A stretch of 64,000 nucleotides of DNA from Oopsacas minuta. Lineage: Eukaryota > Animalia > Porifera. The position numbers and the translations under genes were made by a program. Positions 27,495-37,719 of the stretch are shown here, piece by piece. The stretch spans positions 477,497-541,496 of the forward strand of contig JAKMXF010000296.1 of assembly GCA_024704765.1 (NCBI GenBank). Direction: 5' to 3'. The first letter of the stretch is position 1. Every line of letters begins with the position of its first letter. Below the pieces are notes generated by a model that was given only the letters and a program-made list of their open reading frames with translations, did no database searches and had not been told where the DNA came from.

Positions 27495-28717
27495 GAATTC
27501 AATTATTTTGGCAACTGAACTGAAAGTTCAATTATTCTGGCCAACGAATTCAGTTATTTTGGCAACCGAACTTAAGATTCAATTATTTCGGCAAACGAAT
27601 TCAATTATCTTGGCAAACAAATCAATTAATTTGGCAAATGTTTAAAATTATACGCTCTATATATTGGTATAATTTCAACATTTCCCTTTGTAGAGTGTGA
27701 ATTCATATACTCAGACCAGAATGTTAAAAAATGTGTAGAAACATTATTTACATTAGTAACTTCTATTCACTAAGATGGTAGAACCTGGTAGTCATAGATT
27801 CCTACCTCCTGGATGAAAGATGCAGAGAGGGAAGTACTGGCTCGTCGCCACGCCACTAGACAACGTGACGAATTCAAGAAGGAGGTGGCTGCTAAACTAT
27901 TAGACAATACCATTAACATGATCCAGGCAAAAATGTCACACCTCATTGTCTTATCTTCACAACTCAATAACCTTATTTCTTCTATACAAAAGGCTTATTT
28001 TAAGGATATTTTCGAAGAATTGAATTCCTTGCCTGAAGATGCTGTCTTATCTGTAGAATACTATCCAGCAACAGCAGATGTAGTCAACATCTTTATGCTG
28101 ACCGATAATATACAGAATGTCAATATTATGGAAGATGGTGACATTCTAGCTAATTCTACAACCAAACATATAATGTTGAAGCTCAGAGACATGATAGCTC
28201 ACAATATCGTTCTTAAGGAGCAGATCACAGGAGAAATCAGAAATGGCATTCCTGACATGATGAGGCTATCCACAGATAAGATAAGCTGTAGAACTTTCCG
28301 CTTTTTACCAGTAAACCAACAGTGCTGGCTATTAGGACGTGACGAAATCGACGTTCTAAGAATAGACGCCTCAGAAGTTAAGATGCAAGAAGGAAGTGCT
28401 TACGAAGTAAGGACTGGAGTATTATTCTCTTCATCTACCAAGACATACACAATCAATTGGTCAAAATGCAAGAGAGAGCTACAGAAGTATGGGAGAGACC
28501 TTACATGGCCAAAGCCCTCAAAGAGGATGAAAGGAGAAAGGCTGCTTATATACTCAGGACGATCTATAGTAACTCCAGTAGATCGTCCCGAGGTTCTTCA
28601 AAATTAATTGCTTTTGTTTGCCAAAATAATTGAATTATCAGTTCAGTTGCCAAATTAATTGCTTTTGTTTGCCAAAATAATTGAATTTTCAGTTCAGTTG
28701 CCAAAATAATTGAATTC
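27495..28717. repeat. Foldback-like cassette with tandem-repeat inverted ends
   Basis: Perfect 31-bp terminal inverted repeat GAATTCAATTATTTTGGCAACTGAACTGAAA. Left array ~27495-27645 consists of AATTATTTTGGCAA variants. Right array contains a 51-bp unit twice (28601-28651, 28652-28702; one mismatch). Confidence 0.9.
27813..28607 (+). CDS. Intact 264-aa ORF of unknown function (N-terminal region looks coiled-coil)
   Basis: Uninterrupted ATG-to-TAA ORF, the longest true ATG-started ORF in the track, with protein-like composition. I recognise no transposase, RT or other motif. Confidence 0.7.
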   Translation: MKDAEREVLARRHATRQRDEFKKEVAAKLLDNTINMIQAKMSHLIVLSSQLNNLISSIQKAYFKDIFEELNSLPEDAVLSVEYYPATADVVNIFMLTDNIQNVNIMEDGDILANSTTKHIMLKLRDMIAHNIVLKEQITGEIRNGIPDMMRLSTDKISCRTFRFLPVNQQCWLLGRDEIDVLRIDASEVKMQEGSAYEVRTGVLFSSSTKTYTINWSKCKRELQKYGRDLTWPKPSKRMKGERLLIYSGRSIVTPVDRPEVLQN

Positions 28718-29524
28718 AGTTGGCTAGATAATATTACATTCGTTTCTTTTCGGCGCTATCTCCCAAAATGCAGTACACGATGTCCTTACAACAGGGGAGT
28801 ATAAGATTTTCTGCAATCGTATGTGGTTTCTTTTCTTGAGCGATTCGCAAATCCACCATGTACGAGGTACGAAGACCTGCTTGAGTCTGTTGACTCAATT
28901 GTCCTCTGTGATCTATACGGATTCGCTTTACTCCTACTTCTTGGTGCTTGAAGAAATCTATATCCTTATCTGCAAGATTTGGGTGGCCTAGCTTAAATGG
29001 CGGTTTAGAAAACTTGGTTTCATCGAGCCCTCAGATAGCACCTTATAACATATTACACATTGTGGTAGTTCCCGTCCCTCTTTAAGTATGGATGTAAATC
29101 CATATTTGATATAGTCTTCATTATACTTCCGTTTCTTAGCAGATTCCATATGAATTTGGTGATAAAGTCAAGGTCTCAAAGAAATACTCTTCTAATTTCC
29201 ATTTTATAAGAACAATACGATACACGGGTGGGTGTGATATTCAAATCAATATGAGTTGACACATATGTACGGACAATGGAATCCTTAATTAGCATAACCT
29301 CAAACAATAAATATCCAAGGGTGATAATAATTAGTGATGAAACCATTGTAACTGATACATATTAATTATTTGGCATGAAATAACTATCTATGTGCTGAGT
29401 CTGTTGACATGATAGTGTGTAACTCGAAATGTTTGTATATGATTATTACAGAATTGATATGATTAGTGAAACACCGGCGTACCCCTAGGAAAAGTGCTGG
29501 CGTACCCCAGTTTGAGAACCACTG

Positions 29525-29940
29525 GTCTATACCATCTTAAGCAGCTGCGGAGAGCTTGCCTCGACAGAGGTGGCTTGCTCTTTTTCTGGATCTGTAGTCA
29601 GGCCAGTTGTTGAATATGCCCTATCCGGTGTGTCTTACATCCCTGACCATGTCTGATTCTGCCAAGATAGAGTACATCCAAATGAGAGCCATGAAAATGA
29701 TTGAGCTGAGCTTGTGTTATGTTGTGGCATTTGATAAAAACCACCTAATTTATCTTAGGGTCCATAACGATTGTTTATTCGCGAAATATTTTCTGCCATT
29801 AAGTCCACATCACACAAATTACACCATCTTCTACCTGTACATATATCTCCCAGTATTCCCTACTTTGGTTATAAAATCTATCCTCCCAGAAACCAAAACT
29901 AACCGGTTTAGAACTTTCCAATTTTCAATAGTTCTATTGA
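29525..29940 (+). mobile_element. Non-LTR retrotransposon ORF2 remnant, 3' part
   Basis: Removing the hAT and one TSD restores 'YICSKAF*RLY|HLKQLRRA', followed by 'VVRPVVEYA' and 'TKTNRFRT', typical of the CR1/L2 RT C-terminus. Confidence 0.82.
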
Positions 29941-30525
29941 TACCTCCCTGGAGTTTCTTTTACTGGATACTGATGTGACGCCTGAAATGAGGTCTCGAAA
30001 ACACTGATGATATTCCTGCAGGTAATGACTTGAAGATCCTGATGAGATGGCCGAAGTAGATGAATGTAAGATACTGATGCCCCGGATTATTTTGATTGTA
30101 CTGTTGTTCATTTTGTGCTCATTTTGTATGTATGTATTTTGGGAAAGGCTTCTCATCCTACATGTGCGCTTTTGGGAAATTCTGTTCATTTCAGATTAGC
30201 TCGTTCGATCAATATTCATTTAGAAGAATATTCTTACGCAAAAACACTCCAGGGGGGTTGTGAACCTTTTATTTTGTTTTCGTATATTTTTGAGAGCAAT
30301 TTAGCCTAATTGCTACAAATTTCCTTTTCTTTTCTTTTCTTTTACATTAGTTATCTTATCATTTATCTTTTGTTAGGCAGTATCTTTTGATATATCCGAA
30401 CTATTGAATTAATTACTTGAACTATCTACCATTCTCCAACACCTGTTCAAGTTCAGCTTTTGATAGGCTTGGATTACTTTTCGAGCCGGTTAAATTACCA
30501 CCTGCCACCTGTCACCTGGGTGCTA

Positions 30526-32167
30526 GGTCACCTTGCCGAAAGACATCTTTCCGAAAGTTATTTTCCAGAAGTTATAGTTAATTTATTTGTACTAAAATAG
30601 TGATAAATTTTTAGAAGTTTAAGTTTATTGTAGAAAATTGAAATATGAAAATATAATAAAACTGATATATTAGTAAGTTAAATTATGCGTTATACGACGA
30701 AGATATTCTAGATGTGGTATATATATTTATTCGTCTACCAACTTCTCTAAACGTCTATTAGGTTGAACGTACTTCTTCTTATATTTCTGCAGTTCATGTC
30801 CGCATCAAACTTTTTCTAGTGTAATTTCATTATCACTCTGTTCCATAATAATTTTGCTAATTCGTTTAGAGAGAGTTGGATGCGTTGTGTTAACTCTTAT
30901 ATCGAATGCTCTATGCCACCCCTCCACAGAAGTATTCATCCGTGGCAGAACTCATTCTACTCTACCTCTAACATTCCATAGTTCTATGGAAAATAACGGA
31001 CTTCATCTTCGTCCATGATGTTCTAATCCAATCCATGTCTTCTCAAAGTAGTGAATGAAATCACTTAAGTAATCTACAAGAACATTAAACAGGGAATCAA
31101 TGAGTTCTCCATGTCATAGAAAGACATCTATTCCCGGTACAAATGCTATTACCCGAAATTCCTTCATAATCACCACGAATTGTTCATCACATTGTTAGCG
31201 AAGTTGAAATCCTTGGGCCTGAATCAGTCGCCAAATCGCTTGCCCGAAATGAAAATACATGCCTGAAGTACTGAGTTGGAAAATTCTGTGTAAGTGCGTT
31301 TAAAGCAGCTCTTTCAAAATCGATCATTATCGTATCAGGTTGTAATGAGGGATCACGCCCCTTCAGAGTAGAGAAGATTTGATTGTACGTCATTTCTGTT
31401 TTATTTTTAGCTATACAAAAGATTAGAAGAATTGTCACGGTCTCAGTCTATCACGCATGGACAGTGTATAATTGGTATCCAAGTGGTGCGGAATCAAATG
31501 TCAATAGCAAAACCACTTTAGGTATCGAGCTAGCAGTCTGATGTTTTCTTCTGTTCCGAGGATAATTAGATAGATCTCTGGCTTGTTGAAGATTAAAATT
31601 TGTTGGCCCCTTGTTGTATGTATAGATTCGTAAAAATCTATATCTGAAAGTTTCCTCTTGCGTCGTACAATTTTAGACAAGTATTCTTTAGTGGGTAGTT
31701 TTATTGCTGCATCAATTGAGATTGGGCTTGTTGCATTCTGGATTACCGAAGAAGTACTTCTTCAGTTAGTGTAGATCGGAATTTAATCGCTTCTATAGTT
31801 TTAACTGCCTCAATAGATCCGAAATCGGGTTGATGATTGTGGCTTAGAGGTGCCTTTTACAAATTCGCTTATTCTATAAGTTATCATACGACTATTACAT
31901 AAACCTCTCTTCTCACAACGCCAATAAGTTGAATGATCAGTATCTGGATCTTTGATATATATGTAATCATTATATATCAGCTTATTTCCCCCGAAAATTG
32001 TTGATGTCAATTCCATTTTATCGAAAATAGTAATTATTCGATATTGCCAGTATTTATAGCGATTATACGGTAGAATGTGTATAAATACCTACCATTCATT
32101 AAATTATTTATTTTATATATATAATTTGTCCCATATGATTAATTTAATATCTTTCGGCAAGGTGTCC
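30526..32167 (-). mobile_element. MULE transposon remnant (FLYWCH + MULE DDE domain)
   Basis: TIRs GGTCACCTTGCCGAAAGA / TCTTTCGGCAAGGTGTCC. ORF 31810-32016 is FLYWCH-like ('LIYNDYIY...YWRCEKR'); ORF 31187-31438 'IMIDFERAALNA'. No TSD recognisable. Confidence 0.8.
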
Positions 32168-34609
32168 GGACACGGCCACTTGAGTCATATTGTTGAATTA
32201 GTCAATTGCTTATTCATATAATTAATATACCCTTCTTGGTTTACTTCCACCGCTGTTTGGCTTCTGTTTAGATCGGGAAGATGTCTAGAGTATGAAATAT
32301 TGCCATCGTCATGCAAGTAAGAATATTGACAATTTACTTCATATTTTACATAAATTCATTTAGATTCTGGAATGAATGTTATTGATAATCAATATTAGCT
32401 TGAGCAACTGGAATGTAATTTGTTTTTGATTAGGAAAGGGTTTAATGTAGTTTGTATTTGTAGAATTCAAATCTTAGTGAGAAAAAATCAAACATATTAG
32501 GGCTAAACTAATTGTCCAATCTCCTTTTAATTTTGGAAAAACAATCATTATTAGTGACTAATGAAATATCCCATTTTAAATTATTTAAGATGAATTCGTC
32601 AGAATTATTCAACTTTAAATCAGTTTCACCAAGAAACTATTATCAAAACAGAATGGAAGGGTGTCCACACATTCCATCTCATGACTAATTTAGTTACTTG
32701 CCGTTAATGTGTTGTTAGATTATTCCATATTCATTTCTAAATATGTATATGTGTCACCATTTCGCTATCTGAATCACGTACATCACTATATTATTTGGAA
32801 CAGACAAGACCTCAGCATGTATTAAATTATTTGCAGGTTCATTGAGATTTAAACTAGACAATAAACTGAAGATAAACGCTTCGTCATTTGCATGTTTATC
32901 TCGTAATTCTGCTATTCATAATATAAATTTTTCGATTGCATTAGTAACAGCATGAAAAGACCTAAACCAAACATCTGCATTATACCAAAACATTCAACTT
33001 TCTCAAAGATAAGCAAGAGATAAATATTTTGAGAACCTTTCAAGATTTAGACTCATAAAATGCTGATAACATGAATATATTCTAGGAATTGATCGAAGTA
33101 ATAATGAGAACTCTACAATACACAACTTTGATTGGTTTTGAATGTTTCAGATCTAAAAAACGTATTGCATTTCACACTCGTTATTTAGGAATAAGTATAG
33201 GTTATGGGCACTGCTCTCACATCTTGCAATATGTTTTCTCACATCTGAACCATTTATAATACAATTTGTTCCTGTTTGCTTTACGATTGTTTCCGCACGT
33301 TATATGTTTGTCCAGAATTGACTAAAGAAACTGGAGGATCCCAGGGCAGATTTTTGGCATACAAGAGTGTTTTGGCCCTGGTTCGAACATTTTGAGAATT
33401 GGAACAAAATTCACACATATAGTGGAAATATGATATATTTGTCACCTTTTTCAATTTTATGAAAAATCACATTATTTGCCATTGTTCACCTAATACGAGG
33501 GTCGTTCAAAAAGTTTTTAGAATGATTGCCGTAAGTTCATTTCTTGTACACCAATATATCTTTTATCTATAGTACACTATTTATAACTACTCTAGTTAAA
33601 TATCTAAGCTTTTTATCTGTTATTTCTTTTAAACAGCTACTTATGTAGTCAGCACTGTGTCTGATTTTAAATTCGTACCGATTTAATTTGGAAAGGAGGG
33701 ACTTTCGCGCAATGATTTTTTATGACTTTATGAGAAAACTCAGTCTTAATGCATCACATATTTAACTTTAGGACACATTTGGAGAAAATCACCATCTTTG
33801 GCTATAGTGTACGACTGATACGGTGATTTTACCCGTAGACGAAAGACTCTAAGTGATGAGATGTGATCAGAACGTTCTGGGGATGCGGTTAACCAGAAAA
33901 TATCCAGAAAGTTAAGAAAATAATCAAAAATGAGCGTCAATCATAATAGACGAAATAATTAGTAACCTAGACATCAACAGAGGAAGCCTCCATGCCATAC
34001 TTCATGGTAATCTCTTGGTGAGGAAAGTCGCTGCACGTTGGATTCCACATAATTTTCTGAAGAACAAATGACAACTCGAGTGGATTGGTGCAAATTTTGA
34101 TCAGAAAATTCGACCATGGTAGTTCAAAGCTATTGAATACATTAATTACGGGATATGTGACTTGGATTTACCAATATGACCCAGAGACGAAGAAACAAGC
34201 AAATGGTAGCCAGTTTCATCTCTAAAAAGGGACATGTTGCTAATATTCCCCTTATAGAGCAAAAGACTGTAACTACGAATTGGTATGTCAACATTTGCAT
34301 GCCTCAGGTGATAGAAAAGTGGAGCATTTTACATCCTAAAGCCTACCTCACCTCACTTCAATGGCACCATGACAATGCAAGTGCACAAAAGGCAGCTTTG
34401 ACAATGGATTTCTTTGAAGAAAATGATATAAAATTGATACACCATCCATCATATTCCCCAATTTGGCAACATGTGACTTCTTTCTTTTGCCTAAACTAAA
34501 AATGGAGATCAAAGGGGTTCATTTAAATAATGCAGGATAGGGAAGACTGGCTTATAAAGAGGCCCCAAGACTTAACCAAAAAAGACTGGGAAAATTGTTT
34601 TGAAAGTTG

Positions 34610-37598
34610 CACAGTGGCACGGCATGTGGAAATAGGTGAAAAATTATAAGCTCAAATTGCTTTATGATGTTGATATCTGAATTCAGCACTCCCACAAACC
34701 TCGGAAAACATTTGACCTCTCTACAATAGACTTTCCATTTAGCTCCCACGTCTATTCTAATGAGAGCATAATTGAAATTCGAAAGATTGATTTATGGTTT
34801 GAATTTTGGTCATGATGTAATTTTGAATAATTTGGATTCTCCACGTCAAATAACTGCAATTTATAGTATACCAATCGAAAGCTCTTATGTTGCTAAATAA
34901 TAAATCACGTTAATCTTGGCTCCAATGAACAGATGGAATTTACTATTCTCATTTTAAACAAGCTTGTTCGTGCAAGTGCAATAAATAGAACACATTTCAT
35001 TAAAACTCGAGTACTTTTTTGCCTTCACTTGCGGAACTTTCCATTACACTTTCCTAATAGCTCTTTCGTCTTCTACAAAATGCACTTTAAATTATGGTGT
35101 CAGGAAGTGTCAACGATATTTTTTTGCGATTTTAAATGTAATCCATTCACAATTATCTAATTTTTGGCCCATATAAATCATAAATAATTGTTGTGGTTGT
35201 TTATTAGCACATTTTTCATTATGAATAACGAAGATGCATACACGTTCTTAACTGCACAAAAGAACAAAACAATCACTTCTCTGCGTCCTTGTTTATTGTC
35301 CTCAATAATTTGGAAGCAACAGAGCATGATACAGTTCAGAGATATTTTCCGATACTCAGAGAAGATAGGGAGAATACCTGAAACGAGCCGATATAACTAC
35401 TTAGAATGTGATACCTTTTCACACACCACTTAAACACCCGAGATTGAGTACAGATTATGAATGCTCAGATGAAGTCACGGTGATTGTGAGTGTTTCTTCT
35501 AGCCAATCAACCTCTGTTTTCGAAGAAGACTCTACTAAGCCCACCCGTAAGCCTCGAACGGAATTATCAACTAAAGGTCTTCACAACCGATTGTCCTCTT
35601 TACTAACATATCTTGAAAAAGTTTCTTTTCCAAAGAATGTTTCCGGGAAAGAACTATCCTGTTACCTAATTGTGCTATATTCACAGACTGAATACAACTT
35701 GACTACTACCAAGTTCTGTAAAGAAATTATTGCTAAGGGAAGCTTCAGTCCAGTCTGCAATAAATTGACCTGCGATAAAGCTGCGTTCTTGATGAATTCT
35801 TTAGAAATTGGAAAGAAGAAATACATCGATTTAAGGCGTTTATTGCTTTCAAATGTCTAGCTTCCAGGTTACAATCGATTAGCTACCCATCGATCTCAAA
35901 TTTGCTTGACTAATGACATCTTTTCAGTTGATCGAGAACATCGGGTAGGCATTGCTGTATCTTACAAAAAGCTTCTGACTCATACAGTAAACAGAATATT
36001 GACTGCTACTGCCAACGAATTTCCAAGCGCCAGCAATCCTAAAAAGATACGAATTTCAGATGGACTTAACGGTTCTGGCTCTCACCCAGTTTATCAGCAG
36101 GCGACTCACTCCAATATATCAACAAGAGTTTTATTTTATTCGGGTTTAAAGTGATTTCCATATCCGACATCGATAACAAACTGATTTGGAAAACCCTCTA
36201 CCAAATTCTCCTTTCTCAATTAGACCCATTGCTATACTAGCTCTACAGGAGAACGAAGACACTATTCGATATCTTATGGATACACTAATCAATAAGGAGT
36301 CTACAGAGATAACGGAAAAGGGTTTAGAACTAACAAGCGAATTTTGTGAAGTTGAAATTCAACGTTCACAATTGGATGGCAAAATAGCTAAGATTATTAG
36401 TGGAGCTGGGGGTGCATGTTGCCAGTTCTGTACAGCGACATTCAAACAAATCCATGACCCGGATATCATAAAAGACGGTTTTCCAATTAATCGATCCATC
36501 ATAGACCTCAAAGTATTATTTGATGAAATTAACGAAGAGGAGTTTCTATCATTATCTTCTGACAACAGATTCAACGTCACACACAGACCAATATCTGACT
36601 TAGAAACCCTACCCAGTTCGCCTTTGTATACATATCTCCAATGTTTTGGCTGGTTTTTCATCTAATTAACCATTTGCACGCAGGAGTATTTAAGTGGTCA
36701 CCAACTTCTAAGAGGGTCTCAGATGCTAAAACTTTCGTTACAAGTTTAATTAAAGACAATCTCATTGTTATCATTGACATCCCTTCAACACAAGGTGGCA
36801 CAACGACTACTGGTAATGTGGTAAGACGATGCTTGATAAGAAGGGATGACAACGATTAAGATTTCCTCTACTGGGTTTTGACAGTGATCCCGTCTGAGTT
36901 CAAGTCCCACATAATTGAAATTCACACATGCCTAGGAGTAGTCCTACGCGTCTATAATAGCAGCAGAGGAGTGGATACAGAAGAACTAGCGCTTGTTTCC
37001 AGTAATATCTACCAGTCAATTCTCTGTGCATTTCCTTGGGCTTATGTTTCCCCGACGTTACACAAACTGTTAGCACATGCACCGGAAATCATCTCAACGT
37101 TTAATGATGGACATGGGCTAGAGAACTTATCTGAAAAAAGACTAGAGGCTTCTAACAAATATATTCGGAGATACAGAGATCGTCTTGCTTGCAAGTTTTC
37201 TTTTGAAGAAAATTTAAAGGATGTATTTGTTCGATTGATTTCTCACAGTGATCTCATGCTGTTAATGAATCGCAAGTTTTCTATTCCGAGGCCTCCATCT
37301 AGTCAAGGACTTAGAAGTAGCCAAGATATTTTAGTGAACACCCTTATTCGTGATCATGAAGATCATAATGATGATTAAAAGTAAACCTCTCAGTCGATTA
37401 ATAGAAAATTTGGGGAATTTTCACACCTCAGATAGGTGACAATGACGTCATAACTTTGTCACCTGAAGGGATAGAGAAAAAATGAGTATATCATTCGATT
37501 CTTTGGGGTCGAAAACCTATATGACAATAATACATTTTGAGGACCTATGTCCCATCAAAATGCCTATTTCCACATTCTGACCATTTCGTGCCACTGTG
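34610..37598 (+). mobile_element. Transib / RAG1-core-like transposon, full length (2989 bp)
   Basis: Both ends CACAGTGGCACG; 5-bp TSD AGTTG (34605-34609, 37599-37603); second shared block ATGTGGAAATAGG; RAG1-core-like transposase remnant inside. Confidence 0.95.
35221..37378 (+). pseudogene. RAG1-core-like (Transib) transposase pseudogene
   Basis: Colinear RAG1/Transib motifs: 'LPGYN', 'GLNGSGSH' (first catalytic Asp position), 'RPIAIL..QENE', 'SQLDGK', 'CQFC', 'TTTGNVVRR', 'PTLHKLLAHAPEII', 'SEKRLEASNKYIRRYR'. Stops at 35858 and 36857; frameshifts near 35400, 36140 and 36650. Confidence 0.92.
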
Positions 37599-37635
37599 AG
37601 TTGGTTTAGAAGGATGGATTTATGCATACAGTCAT

Positions 37636-37719
37636 CTAGTATATACTTCGAGAAACTATATAATAATAATCCATTTCCTAGTATATACTTCGAGAAACTA
37701 TATAATAATAATCCATTTC
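37636..37719 (+). repeat. 42-bp perfect tandem duplication at the mariner transposase 3' end
   Basis: CTAGTATATACTTCGAGAAACTATATAATAATAATCCATTTC twice (37636-37677, 37678-37719). Confidence 0.95.

Larger units (their letters stand above)
26630..29524 (-). mobile_element. hAT Buster/Charlie-type transposon, internally deleted and substituted
   Basis: TIR CAGTGGTTCTCA.ACT at both ends; perfect 8-bp TSD GTCTATAC with central TA (26622-26629, 29525-29532). Minus strand: BED finger 'KRKYNEDYIKYGF...CVICYKVLS...RHL', 'RIAQEKKPHTIAENLILP', then 'EELDIDHQNLLFYTEVRWLSRG'. Confidence 0.95.

Noticed and set aside
27495-27645. Repeat arrays superficially like a CRISPR array
   Set aside because: Units are directly tandem with no unique spacers, are mirrored as inverted repeats at 28601-28717, lack cas genes, and lie in spliceosomal-intron-containing eukaryotic DNA.
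32230-32317. Candidate upstream NHE exon ending at a GTAAG donor
   Set aside because: The open frame (…AVWLLFRSGRC…SCK) gives a phase-2 junction, incompatible with the phase-0 acceptor at 39607; the phase-0 frame contains a stop; no HETG-like motif.
34610-37598. A RAG2-like partner gene or RSS nonamer in the Transib
   Set aside because: Only ~600 bp upstream and ~220 bp downstream of the transposase remain, with no kelch-like ORF. No ACAAAAACC-like nonamer at 12 or 23 nt from either heptamer.
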